Counted from the stretch's first letter, positions 50,211-61,983 are shown. The stretch is DNA of 64,000 nt from Aplysia californica (GCF_000002075.1 NW_004798004.1:53776-117775); one strand, 5' to 3'. Numbers and translations are program-made. The notes: generated by a model from the sequence alone, not told the origin.

Positions 50211-50322
50211 ATGGCATCTGGTGGTGGGGGCCCACTTCACATGGAGAACATCTTTCAGCTGCTCGAATCTTCAGAAACAGTCAAGGACATCCGGAAGATA
50301 ATCCTAGAAAATCTCAACTCAA
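50211..50322 (+). CDS. TSC1: Hamartin, first coding exon (MASGGGGPLHMENIFQLLESSETVKDIRKIILENLNS)
   Basis: The cacag acceptor ending at 50169 implies an upstream non-coding exon; donor gtaag, phase 1. Confidence 0.85.
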
Positions 50323-50503
50323 GTAAGGAACTGTTTTGAAAAGCTAACCCTCTGATTTCCTTATGATTTATTTGTCATAATCTTCAATGACTTGTTTGTG
50401 GGGTTTTTTTGTTGGCCAGCTCTATTTCTCTGAATGCTCGGATTAAGTCCCCAAAATACTTTCTGCCATATAGATAGTATAGGTATATACTATTCCTTGC
50501 CTC

Positions 50504-50558
<55 letters not shown>

Positions 50559-51291
50559 TGTCTTCTCTCGTTCCCGTCTTCATTCCCCCAGCCCCCCTCA
50601 TCCACCACTTTCTCTTTTGAGTATTATAATGACACTTTTATATTTTATCAAGGGAGTCATCAGTTCTGGCCCATATATGGTCATATTGATATATGAACTT
50701 AGCCTTTAGAACCTCAGTATACAACAGAGAGTTGGGGAGTGGGGTCCAAATTTCCCTCATCCATCTGGTAATATTTCTCCTCTTTCCTCGATTTTATTTT
50801 GGAGGAGGACCTTGTGGTCACCTTTGAAATAAACAATATTTTGTCAAGTTTTTTTTATCCTTGCATTAAAAGAGTGTAAGACAAGGAAGACATATATACA
50901 AAGATCTAATACCTTCAGTGCTTTCATTAAGCAGCAAGAGGTTGATTTGTACCTTTGCCAGTTTAATGAAATATAAAAAGATATAAAAGTGGCTCTAATT
51001 TTTATTTTAAAATTAATAAAACAGCTTTCAATGTTTACTCTCTTTTCAGTTTTATATGCATGTTTAATGTTGCTGCAAAATGTTGTGTCTCAATATTCTC
51101 GATACGATGTAGATCAGTAGATGCAAGGGTTTTTATCTTTGCTATAATATTTTAATACGAGTACCTTCAATGGGAAAGATCATGTAAAGTTAAAATTTCT
51201 GTTCATTTATTTGTTGTTATTTTATAAATAATATTGATATTGAATGGTGTTTGGATGAATTTCTCATGGAAAAAAATGTCTGTTTTCACAG

Positions 51292-51395
51292 CTAAAGAGA
51301 CATGGCTGATCCATTTGCTGGTCGATTATTATTTCCGCACACAATCAACCAATGTTCAAGAAATTTTGGCTGAGCTGAGAGAGGCTCAAGCTAAG
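51292..51395 (+). CDS. TSC1: Hamartin coding exon 2 (KETWLIHLLVDYYFRTQS...EAQAK)
   Basis: LVDYY motif of the hamartin N-terminus; 104 nt. Confidence 0.93.
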
Positions 51396-52552
51396 GTTTG
51401 TTGTAGCAGTTTTAAATATTGGTGTGTTCTGTGTGAAGTTTGTGTAAGTTTCTGTTTTCAGCTTTCAGCATTGTTCCATCTCAATTTGATGGCTGGGGAT
51501 AAAAACCTATTTACCCATTTACCCCCCCCCCCCCCCCAAAAAAAAAAAAAAGTGATTAAAAATATTTAAAAATTGAATGAGGCTGAACAAGGGAAGGAGA
51601 ATGAAAATTTTTTGTTTTCATATAAACGTTTGATGTAAAACTTTACTTCCTCGTGATTTTTTGGGGGGTTCAAAATGTACACATATGTATACAATAATTC
51701 ATTAAACTTTTTATTTTTCTGCTAAAACTGACCTTTTGACGCAGTACATGTTTCTTTGATTACAAGATGTGCCACACACACTCTATGGAATGCTATGAAG
51801 TGACAGACGCGATTCACAGTGTGGTGTGAAAATTCACACCTCGCCCAACATTACAACTATGACACACCTGTGGGTTGGCGGGCAGCTGGTGTGTTGTCTT
51901 AAACTGGCTTCCAAATATGTTGTGGGATGACGTTTTCATCCCCGGATTTCTGATGTAAAAACTTGCTGAGTCACATATTTATTTGTCTATAATGATTATT
52001 TATCAAAAGTAATGGGTGCAATTTGTTTCTTTAAACCATATATTGACATATATTCTTTTTTTTTTTTAAAATCTCTCCTACTTCTATAAAATTAACCCTC
52101 CAAAGGTTAACAGGTTTTCTGCCCCAGCCCCCAAATTGTTTTCTTTGTTTAAACCCATCTTTATATGGGTGTGAGAGGGAAAAATGGAAATATTAGTATG
52201 TATTGTGTGTTTGTGTGTGTGTGTGTGGGGGGGGGGATGTTTGGTGTGGACAGACTGTTAAAGCACAAAGAAGGCTGTCTGTATGCAGTTGGGTGCTCAT
52301 GAGTGTAAGGGAAAAGATAGAGCGATATATGTGTGTCCAGGGGTAGTAGTGAAGGAGAAATAAGGCTTTGGTTGATAGGCTTTAAAGCATGGTCTGCTTC
52401 ACCAATTGATACATTTTTCCTTGTCTTAGTTAATTTTTTCTTTTTTTCATTTATTTAAAAATATGGCTGATTCAATTGATTGTGAAACATGTCCGATACC
52501 ATTCCGGGCTATTAACTTCTGTGCAATGACAACCAATGTTTGACGTTTGCAG

Positions 52553-52705
52553 GCCCTGATCGATAAGCTGCATGATGGCATCAAGACTTCGGAGAACAGG
52601 TTGCCGGCCCTCCAGCTGGTTCTGTACCTGGTCTATAGGGAGCTGCCTTGGTGCCACCAGCTGGTCGAGTTGCCAATTTTCTCTCACATCATCAAGTGTC
52701 TGCGG
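52553..52705 (+). CDS. TSC1: Hamartin coding exon 3 (ALIDKL...RLPALQLV...PWCHQL...IKCLR)
   Basis: 153 nt; tgcag / gtcag. Confidence 0.93.
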
Positions 52706-53366
52706 GTCAGTGGTAGCCGTCAGTGCTTGGTTAAGAGATTTTAATATTAGTTTGTTAGGGAAACGGCTCATCTTAAATTTTTAGTTTAAGAAATAGTGCA
52801 TGCTAAAGTCATTGATAACTAGGAAAGTTTCCAACTGTAAGTCCTGTAGTAAAATGTTTTGTAAAGCTTAAGATGCTTGAGAGGGTTTTTCTTTCTATTG
52901 TTTTAATTACTTTTTTATTCTGCTAAATTATTTTAACAAGGGATAAATGTAATAATAGGGAGAAAATGGTTCTCACATTTGCCTCATATTTTCAGAGTAA
53001 AAGAATATTTTGAGAATATTTACATTTTGGTTTTTTTCCTCTCATGTATAAACCAGTATCTTTGTGCCAAGCGACCATCAGTTTTATGCTTTAAAACATG
53101 TTTAAGAAATAAATTATCTTGATGAAACTTTCGGAAACACAACCCGGTTTTTATGAAGTATTTCCTGTTCTAATATGTGACTGAAAAGGGCTTTATGCTT
53201 TTCGAAAGAGAAAGATCAGATAATGACAATTGAAGGTTCAGTTTTCTCAGTTACAAGTCCCCAGTATTCACCATTGGCACATTTTTTGGAATAAAAAAGA
53301 GAAAAATCTATGCTGTTTTGTTGGTGTATTACTCTGATTTGTATTGATCTATTTCTTTGTTCTCAG

Positions 53367-53511
53367 ACTGAGTATGACGTCCCCATCTTGATGACGGCCA
53401 TGATGATTGTGGTCATCCTACTACCATCTGTTCCGGTCGGAATAGGCCCTTACCTTACACAGATATTTGAGGTGTTTGAACGTCTTTCAGTGTTTTGCAT
53501 AAAGAAACCAG
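53367..53511 (+). CDS. TSC1: Hamartin coding exon 4 (TEYDVPILMTAMMIVVILLP...IFEVFERL...KKP)
   Basis: 145 nt; ctcag / gtaag. Confidence 0.94.
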
Positions 53512-53668
53512 GTAAGCTTTGAATAATCACTCTTTCAGACACAATGTCCTTACATTTATTTTAGTCCTTGAATAGTAGTACCAAAAATGTCAAGGGTTAA
53601 CTTGTTTGCTCGTTGTTGTTTTTTTAAGACCTGAAATGCATCGTCTTTCATTGCAATCATCATCATCT

Positions 53669-53835
53669 TGGTGGCTGGCGGGTGCTCTGTGTGTGGTTTG
53701 CTCTTTATTTCCCATCAAACATCTATGGTCCTTATCTCTCCTCCTTTGTTTGTACGTTACACCTAATCTTCAGCATTCATAGTTATATGACCTGATTTTG
53801 TTGCAAGTGCTGTAAAACTCTTACTAAAACGAAAC
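53669..53835 (+). mobile_element. Family A short retroposon ending 12 nt before TSC1 coding exon 5
   Basis: ggtggctggcgggtgctct...ctcttactaaaacgaaac. Confidence 0.88.
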
Positions 53836-53847
53836 TTTGTGTGGCAG

Positions 53848-54002
53848 CCAACACGCCGGAGGTGTTTGTCCTTCACCTTCAAGTGTCCCTGTACAGTCTA
53901 TTCCACCGGCTGTACGGCATGTACCCATGTTCCTTCACCGGCTTCATCAGCCGCGTCTTTGCACACAAGGAGAATCTGCACGTGTACCAGGAGGTGGTTA
54001 TG
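53848..54002 (+). CDS. TSC1: Hamartin coding exon 5 (NTPEVFVLHLQVSLYSLFHRLYGMYPCSF...VVM)
   Basis: Diagnostic LFHRLYGMYPC motif; 155 nt. Confidence 0.97.
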
Positions 54003-54059
54003 GTGAGTACTCTTTCAATTTCTTTTGCTGGTTTTTTTGTTTTGTTTTCTGCTTTCTCT

Positions 54060-54380
54060 TGTATTTCCTTTCTCCTTCATCCTATTTATTCTCTTTCTCC
54101 CTCCTATCTCCATCCCTCCCTCCTCATCCTCCCTCGTATTTCCTTCTCATCCTCCCTTCCCATTTTCCTTTCTCCCCAACCTCCTCCCCCTCCTCTGCCT
54201 GCTACATCAACTTCACTAGGTATTCCTCATATGGTTGTTTTTTTCTTCTCCCCCTCCACTTCCTGTTTCTTTGGCTGCATAGCACTTGTCCTCTTCTTTA
54301 TCTTTGTTTTCCTCCTCCTCTTCCCCTTCATCCTCCTCCTCCTCCTCTTCCCCTTCATCCTCCTCCTCTTCCTCCTCCTT
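54060..54380. repeat. Pyrimidine-rich low-complexity tract, (CCT)n-like
   Basis: Direct observation, in a TSC1 intron. Confidence 0.85.
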
Positions 54381-54478
54381 GTTGGTGCAAGTGATGTCAT
54401 TTTAGCTATTATTTTAAACATGTCAGCTGGTTTTAAAAAAAATTCAAAACATGTTTTTTTGTGTGTGTACATTTTCAG

Positions 54479-54552
54479 CCAATGCTTGAGAGAGTTCGTC
54501 TGCACCCAAAGTTGGTCATGGGTCAAAAGGAGGTGGAAGTTTCTGCCAACAG
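54479..54552 (+). CDS. TSC1: Hamartin coding exon 6 (PMLERVRLHPKLVMGQKEVEVSANR)
   Basis: PM...VR.HP.LV motif; 74 nt. Confidence 0.95.
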
Positions 54553-54829
54553 GTGGGTTGAGTCTTCTTTTTATTTCTGCACAGATGCAGGTTACTCATT
54601 ATCATGGATGTGAATTTACCATTTGAAGCTTCTGAATTGCATATTTTGGTTTTCACTGAATATATCTGTGGATACATGTATCTGCAGCATGATGATTTAT
54701 TGCTTATATGTTAATAATTTGAAATTTTTACTTTTATTGGTAGATAGAAGGAAAGACGAACAGAATAAAAAAAAGATATTTCTTTCTTTTATAGGCTCTT
54801 AAGTTTTGCAATATGCGAAATAATTTCAG

Positions 54830-54987
54830 GTGGAAAAACCAGGAGACCCAAGACATTATTGTGGCTTGCTCGAAACTGTCGCTGGACTTGATTGAGGGCT
54901 CATGGGAAGATTCCCAGTGCCCGGTGTTCCACAGCGTGCAGTACGTGGACAAGCACCGCATCATGAATGAGATTTTCCCAACCAGAG
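54830..54987 (+). CDS. TSC1: Hamartin coding exon 7 (WKNQETQDIIVACSKLSLD...FPTR)
   Basis: RWK..E..D....C.K.SLD motif; ttcag / gtttg. Confidence 0.93.
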
Positions 54988-55149
54988 GTTTGCTGGCTCA
55001 AACATTTTTTTTGTTCTCTAGTTTTTAAGCCTAAAGGGCTTGTCATAGTGGTTAGTGCTTGTTATATCTTGTGTGGGTTTTTGTTACATACAGAGATCAG
55101 TCCAGTGGCTTTGTGGGCTCAGGGTTCAAAGGGTTGAATAAATGGTGAA

Positions 55150-55365
55150 ATGGTATGGGTTTAACGCCACTATCAACACTATTAGGTTATTTAAGAGGCG
55201 GGGCCTCCCAATTTAACGTCCGTCTCTGAAAGGACCTAGCCAGGTTGAAAATTCGTGTAAAGTGCCTTTCCCAAGGACACAACGTCGGACCGAGCTGAGG
55301 CTCGAGCCCCTGAACCCGCAATCTCACGATTACGAGTCCAGTAGCCTGACCACTAGGCTACCGAC
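55150..55365 (-). mobile_element. tRNA/CORE-type SINE
   Basis: On the minus strand: A-box-like gtagcctagtggtcagg, then CORE-like gttgtgtccttgggaaaggcacttta. Confidence 0.7.
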
Positions 55366-55426
55366 GTCTCCGTCAAAGGGTTAGTGTTGGAAAACAAGTA
55401 AAGAAACTGTATAGGTACAAAAACTA

Positions 55427-55427
55427 T

Positions 55428-55485
<58 letters not shown>
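55427..55485. repeat. (TA)n microsatellite
   Basis: Direct observation. Confidence 0.95.
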
Positions 55486-55486
<1 letters not shown>

Positions 55487-56342
55487 TAGCTGGGCCCCCT
55501 TTCGATGAAAGGAATGGTCGGTGCTTCAATGTCAACTAAAAGTCATTGGCCTACTATATTTACACTCTACTGGAATGGGGAATTAAATCTTGAGAGATGC
55601 AAAAAAATTATGAGGTCTAAATCTGTACTCTCAAAACAAAAATGCGCCTTGCGAAATATCACTTCCGGATTTTCTAAAATTACAAAGACATAAGCGTCGG
55701 CTTACAAAAGCGATCGGCGAAATAAAGAAATTTAGCTTTTTTCAGCAAAACTATCTCAAAACTGAAAAAACCAAGGGCGCCATGCTCTGGAGAATATTTT
55801 AAAGAATCTTTTGGCGAAAACTGCATGTCGATCGATGCAGCCATTAAAAAGCCTTTTGAATAGCAAAATTCGGCCACCACAAATAGATAATAGATATATA
55901 TCTTTTTAAAATTTTTTTTAATTTATATATATATACTTTTTCTCACCACAGATTGAGTCTAAGATTTAGCTGTCAATTATTTATTTGAAAGCTTTGCAGA
56001 TTTTGTCATTTTTGTTGTTTCCAACTTCTTTCTGAAAATATCCCTGATAAGCCAAATTGTATCCTCTCATTTGTAGATATTACTGAATTGAACAATGTCC
56101 CCAAGGAGTGAGTCTTTCAAGCCACAGGCTGTAAATCTGGTCTAAACTTCTGTCAAGATTTGACCTATCTGGGGCACATAATGTGTTCTTTTTTATGTTC
56201 TCTTAGTCTGTTCTTCATCCTTTATTGCCATTAATTACTGTGCCATATTCCACTTGACAGCAGAAACAGCACTGAATTGATATAAATGTGCAGTAAGTTT
56301 ATTTTCCAGTTGCATTTTGTTTACTTATGTATTCTTATGTCT

Positions 56343-56520
56343 GTGGATGGTTGGCGGGTGCTCTGGTGTGGTTTGCTTCTTCTTTCCTATCAAACATCTA
56401 TCATCCTTGTCTCCACTCCTTTTTAAAAAATGTTTGTCTCTTGTAACACCTCTTCTGGTGCACATATGACCTTTTGCAGTTGCGCAGTTGCAAGCGCCGT
56501 AAAATCTCTACTAAAACAAA
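56343..56520 (+). mobile_element. Family A short retroposon ending 19 nt before TSC1 coding exon 8
   Basis: TSD tcttatgtctg/tcttatatctg. Confidence 0.9.
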
Positions 56521-56539
56521 TCTTATATCTGCTTACCAG

Positions 56540-56740
56540 CTCTTGCTGAGCCCCAAACCATCCCTGCAGGAGGCGGCCAGAATGAGTACTCTGGGGTCTC
56601 TCAGTCGTCGCTTTATGTCCCGTCCTATGACACAGCGGCCATGGGGGAGAGTCCCTCTGTTCTGATTGGTCTGTCCACGCCCCCGTCATCACAGCGCGCA
56701 ACTCCGGCCACAAGTTTCCTTGACGCCGGTACCAACACAG
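56540..56740 (+). CDS. TSC1: Hamartin coding exon 8 (S/T/P-rich, ...SPSVLIGLSTPPSS...)
   Basis: SPS...G..TPP motif; accag / gtgaa; phase 1/1. Confidence 0.85.
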
Positions 56741-56754
56741 GTGAATGGTGGCAG

Positions 56755-57127
56755 AGTCATGACACTTTGTGTAGAATCAGGGGTTTGATAAGCTGAGTTT
56801 ACTTTCCTTGAACCTTCACTTTAGCTTCTTTTCTATCGAACAAGTATCCTCTTTATCTCTCCTCATTTTTTGGTTTGTTACTATCTTGTAACACATATAA
56901 TCTTCAGCACTTATATGACGTTATTGTGTTGCATGTGCTATAAAACTTTTACTAAAACTAAACTAAAGAGTCAGGGGTTTAATAAGCTTAGTTTACTTTG
57001 CTTGAGTAGTCACTTGAGCTCTCTCTGTTTGATAATCCAGTCATAACACTTTGTGTAGAGTCAGGGGTTTAATAAGCTGAGTTTACGTTGTTTGAGCAGT
57101 TATTTGAGCTTGCTCTGTTTGATAATC
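56755..57127. repeat. Three degenerate ~85-bp tandem units interrupted by a family A copy
   Basis: ag(a/g)tcaggggttt(g/a)ataagct(g/t)agtttac occurs three times. Confidence 0.75.
56822..56967 (+). mobile_element. Family A, 5'-truncated, inserted in a short tandem repeat
   Basis: 3' stem-loop and actaaaactaaactaaa tail. Confidence 0.8.
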
Positions 57128-57415
57128 AAAGTTGAAGATGACTTTCCTAAAGTTTCATCAACTACTGAGACAACTTTTACTGTCTTGAAGCTTCCTTGCT
57201 GTAATTGACATCAAACCTGATAATTCTAAAACCTTCAAATGAAACTGTCATATTGGTTATTGTAAGAGTAACTTCAGGATCTGAATTTTTCATGTTTATC
57301 TGAGAGGTTATGTATGTATGTGTGTGTGTTTGTGTGTAGACTTCATTTTCTTTCAAATCGCGTGTATGAAGTCCAATATATTTATGCTGCTCTGTTTGTC
57401 TGTCTGTCTGTCCAG

Positions 57416-57486
57416 GGACTGTCGGGGACACCCCTGAGATGACGCCCAGACAGCACACACCATCACAGACAGAGGACGGGGACAAG
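57416..57486 (+). CDS. TSC1: Hamartin coding exon 9 (TVGDTPEMTPRQHTPSQTEDGDK)
   Basis: tccag / gtact; phases 1/0 fit. Confidence 0.8.
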
Positions 57487-58144
57487 GTACTGCCTCATCC
57501 TCTTTATAACCTCCTGTTGTATTGTTTGATTGTATGAGAGATGCTGCTGTCAATCTGACATTTGATGATACTGTAATAAAAGTAAAAAGAACACTACACA
57601 AAATGTGAGCAGTTCTGGAAGATTATTAGAAAGAAATTACTATTTTTCAGAGAAAGTGTTTGACCTAATTTTTCGGATACCCTTTTAGTGCTAGACACTG
57701 ACAATGAGTTTCTGTACAACTCAAAACTTAAACTCTTATAGACAGTTCTTCTCCTTCTTCTTCCTCCTTGTTCTCGATGACAGCAGCTAGACAGTCAGTC
57801 CGATGTCGCTCAGAAACTGTGCAGTCCGCTTCAAATCTAAGAGACTGCCATGGAGCTTTCTCTCAAGGGGAGTCACATTCTGCCACGTCTGTACGAAAGG
57901 TGGCGCAGCGCGGGCAGTGTTGATGGACAAACTTGGCATCCTCGTGTCCACATTCACAGATCGCGGACTCTCGCACTTTTAATTTAGTGTGCATATGGTG
58001 TTTGAGTCTATTATGGCCACAACAAAGTTGAAAGATTTTGACCTGGTCTGCTCTATTTAGCGTGCAATAGGGGTCTCATCTGTTGTGTTTAGGGTGGGAT
58101 CTTTTTATCAATAGTAAATCTTGCGCCTTCTATTCTCACATCAG

Positions 58145-58332
58145 ACTCCACTGAGCCGCAGCAGCAGTCGAGGTGGCATCCAGCAGCCCAAGTCTGGCGA
58201 TGGCAAGAGACCTGTGCTGGCTACACCCAAGCCTGTCGTCTCTGTGCCCAATACAACTCCGACCACACCGGGTTCGAACATCCTCGCATCGCCGCTGACC
58301 CCGGGCGGTCGGGGAGAGTCTACTCCTTTCAG
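58145..58332 (+). CDS. TSC1: Hamartin coding exon 10 (TPLSRSSSRGG...GESTPFR)
   Basis: atcag / gtgaa; phases 0/2 fit; GC-rich open frame. Confidence 0.82.
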
Positions 58333-58379
58333 GTGAAACAGAGTTTATTTGTCTGTTTTGTAAACAGATGTATTGCGCA

Positions 58380-58553
58380 GGTGGTTGGCGGGTGCTCTGG
58401 GGTGGTTTACTCCTTCTTTCCCATCAAACATCTTTGGTCCTAATCTCTCCTTCTTTTTTGTGTTTGTTACTCTCTTGTAACACCTCTAATCTTCGGCACT
58501 TATACGACCTCAAGTGTTGCAAATGTTGTAAAACTCTTACTGAAACTAAAACA
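58380..58553 (+). mobile_element. Family A short retroposon
   Basis: TSD tgtattgcg; starts 48 nt after a donor. Confidence 0.9.
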
Positions 58554-59359
58554 AGGTGTATTGCGGGTGTTTGGTTGGAATGCTGTTTGTGACGAATATT
58601 AGCTCGTGTTAGTGCCTTTTCGTCATTTTTCTGTGTCAACTTTAGGCTTGTTTTAAACAAGAGATGTGGAGGAATATGTCACGACTTTATAACGACTTTT
58701 TGATTTCATAGAATTGGGTTTACTTATGATTTATATGATGTAGGCCTCTGTGGCAGGCAGTGATCAGTGTACAAGATATTGAAAAATAGAGGGTGCTGAA
58801 TTGGCTTCTTGTTTAGTTCTCTTGGCACGGTTGTTATCGTGTAAATGTTGAATATTAAAAAATTTAATGTCAGGGATCAGCTTAAAAGTCAGTTGAAATT
58901 GTCCAAGACTGCCTCCCATTGTCGAGGAGAAAGGTAGTTGTCTTAGACAGGTGGACGTCGCGGACAGTGTCATTGTAATGTAAAAAAAAAATCAAATAAA
59001 AATAAATACTCAAGTGGAGAAGTGGAAAGAGGTCATTTGTACACATGACTTGAAGAGAAAGTTCAACTATATACAAAGTTTCAAATGCTTCTGTTTATTC
59101 CAGGCTTTATAGTTTTCTCTATGGGTCAGCGCATAAACCTGATAATGGCATTTTGAGAATTATTGGATCATGGCTCAGAGCTGTTCCAAATATAGTACTG
59201 AAGTAAAAGTCGCAAGAGACTTATCTAAGTTTAAGATAATGATTTGGAAATAAAAGTCAATCAGGTGCTTGCAAAGAACCTCAAGAGAAGAAGTATTTGT
59301 TAATGGAGCTGGTAAAACTATTTCTAGCATCACGCCCTCAGTCCGTTCTTTTATGGCAG

Positions 59360-59522
59360 GTCCAAGGGCAGTGCATTTGCTAGCCCGCTGCAGTCTCGCA
59401 GCCCGGCCATGCGCTCGCTGCAGTTCAACGCCGCGCTCGAGGAGAAGGAGGAGGGCCCCAGCTGTCCTGTGACGGTGTCTGTGACCAAGGCAGAGGCTGC
59501 CAAGTTGGACTCCAACTCACAG
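59360..59522 (+). CDS. TSC1: Hamartin coding exon 11 (SKGSAFASPLQSRSPAMRSLQF...DSNSQ)
   Basis: ggcag / gtgag; phases 2/0 fit. Confidence 0.82.
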
Positions 59523-60569
59523 GTGAGTGGGTGGCTGTTGGAGTGGAGTTACTGGGAGTAATGTGATGACAACATGGGTTAAGTCAGCAAGGTTATGTTA
59601 GTCTTCCATTTCAACTGCTTAGTGTGAAACTCCACCGTACACCTTTTCGAAAAGTGGTGTATAACAGAGTCCTACACTGAGCAGTCAATTTATGCAAACA
59701 CTTATCTTCAACATAGTTCACTTTTTTTAAAAGCAGTGCTTACATCTCAATGTGCATCAGCCATGAAACTGTGGGTTCTACAGTGTAGTATTTTCCTCTA
59801 TTCTTAACTAAAACTCAAGAACTTTAGTAGTACTGCTCTGTATCACAGAAGGTGCACCATCAGCTCTGTTGGTACTTCACCCACTGTTCCTTAATGAGTT
59901 AAGTTTCCTACCAGGTAAGCTTCGTACCTGTGAAGTTAACTATATCATTCGTTGTCTCTGAAAGGCAAGCCATTTTTTTAAAAGAAAAAGAGAGGACACA
60001 GTTGGCAGGGTTAAGTCAGTCATTGAGAACATCAAAATTATATTTTTTCAAGGTCCTCGGTGAATCTGAGTCCGCAAGGTGTAATACTTTTGTTACTGTT
60101 TTTGCACTTATTTTTGGGTTCTGAGACGTTGAACGTTGTCTGATTACATTAGCAACGTATGACATAGTGTAATGAAAGGTTGGGGGTTTTTTTCATTTTA
60201 TTTTTGAGTGTTGGGATGTTGGCCTTCGCCTAGAAATTTCCGACCACAGGAGATCCTCGGAAAGCCTCCAGAATGAGGCGGAAGCCTTGGTTCCGTGTGG
60301 GTATTTAGATTTTCATTGATCCTGTCCTTGGTAGGCACCAGGGCAGCAATGTTTGTAGAGAGAGAAAAGAACGGCTGCCATTACAGTGTATTCTTCTGAG
60401 CCCGCGTTGGTCCTGACAGTAGTGACAGGCATGGTCAAAGCCCGCTTTCTAAAAAATACAAGTTGTATTGGTTGAATATGGAAAATACCTTCATTATTAT
60501 ACATCAGCATATTCTCCTAAGTCAGTCAGTATGCTGTTTTTTCCCTGTGCTCCCCTTGTCTGTGGTCAG

Positions 60570-60723
60570 AGTGGCTCCAGTACCCCAGGCCTGGAGAGGT
60601 CAGTGGACAGCACCGGGTCCCAGACAGAGGGCAAGTCGAGAACCGCGTCAGGGGACAAGATGGCCAACGTTCCCATGGAGTCTCTCCCACATGTCATCAG
60701 CACTCTGAACACCTCGGATTCTG
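60570..60723 (+). CDS. TSC1: Hamartin coding exon 12 (SGSSTPGLERS...LNTSDS)
   Basis: gtcag acceptor / gtcag donor; phases 0/1 fit. Confidence 0.8.
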
Positions 60724-61339
60724 GTCAGTTAGGGGCGTTNNNNNNNNNNNNNNNNNNNNNNNNNNNNNNNNNNNNNNNNNNNNNNNNNNNNNNNNNNNNN
60801 NNNNNNNNNNNNNNNNNNNNNNNNNNNNNNNNNNNNNNNNNNNNNNNNNNNNNNNNNNNNNNNNNNNNNNNNNNNNNNNNNNNNNNNNNNNNNNNNNNNN
60901 NNNNNNNNNNNNNNNNNNNNNNNNNNNNNNNNNNNNNNNNNNNNNNNNNNNNNNNNNNGTGGTTTTATTTGTTAATCTTTTAAATGGGGGGGGGGGGGGT
61001 TGGCATTAAACTTTTGTTTGTTTGTTTTTGGTTGATTTTTGGGTGCTTTTTTTTGGAGGGGGGGGGGGTTGTTTTAATTTGTTAATCTTTTAAGTCCCCC
61101 CCCCCCCCCCCTATTGGTACAATTACTGTTGAAATTGGCCCATACTGCTTCCCATTGTTGAAGTGAAAAGTGGTTGCTGTAGACAGGTGAAAGTCTTGAA
61201 CATTGCTATTAAAATTCAGAAAAAAAACGGGGGGGGGGGGGGGATGATAGAAATTGGTCTGTTTGTGCAGGTGATTGTCTTGGGCATATGGCTGTTCAGC
61301 AGGTTCAACTGGAGGTGTCTTTTTTTGTCTCTCCTCATG

Positions 61340-61512
61340 AGTGGATTGGCGGGTGCTCTGGTGTGGTTTGCTCCTTCTTTCCTATCAGATATGTATCATC
61401 CTTATCTTCCCTCTTTCTATTTTGTGTTTGCTACTCTCTTGTAACACCTCTAATCTTGGGCACTTATATGACCTAATCGTGTTGCAAGTGCTGTAATACT
61501 CTTACTAAAACA
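61340..61512 (+). mobile_element. Family A short retroposon ending ~40 nt before TSC1 coding exon 13
   Basis: Full-length match to the consensus. Confidence 0.88.
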
Positions 61513-61552
61513 GCGACAAATATAGAACAAACAAATGTCTCTCCTGGCACAG

Positions 61553-61683
61553 TGAACGTGGACCAGGAAGTGGAGGAGATCAACGAGAAAGACGACCAGT
61601 TCCACGACGGTGGGAGTCCATCCTCCTCGTCTTCCACCACACTGGCCTCACAGGCGGAGGTCACCGCCGAGTCTGTCAGACAG
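61553..61683 (+). CDS. TSC1: Hamartin coding exon 13 (NVDQEVEEINEK...TAESVRQ)
   Basis: cacag / gtgtg; phases 1/0 fit. Confidence 0.83.
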
Positions 61684-61983
61684 GTGTGTGGACGTATGTG
61701 TGGATGCGTTTTTGAGAGTTCCTTTTTGAATCTTAATTTTTGATATTTTACATGTGCATTATTTTTTTTGTAGGTTTTCTTTTCAAATTGAAGTAAAAAG
61801 TGTCAAGGTTTTCCTACTCACAAGCATAAGATAAGATAAGGTACATCTTTATTGTCCAGATCCTGGCACATTGCTTTGGTGTTTCACCACGTACACATAA
61901 GCACGCATGCAAGCACGTACACACCCACACACACACATTGTGTATTGAGCTTTTCTCACCTCGTTGTTTTATTTTGTCCACAG

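Noticed and set aside
54003-54626. Hydrophobic extension of the 261-aa ORF, suggesting a membrane protein
   Set aside because: Read-through into a CT-rich intron after the gtgag donor at 54003.
6412-61512. Many short ORFs sharing peptides such as GWLAGALVWFAPSFLSN / GGWRVLWCGLLLLSYQT
   Set aside because: These are translations of the family A repeat in varying frames, with stops and indels, and not a protein family.
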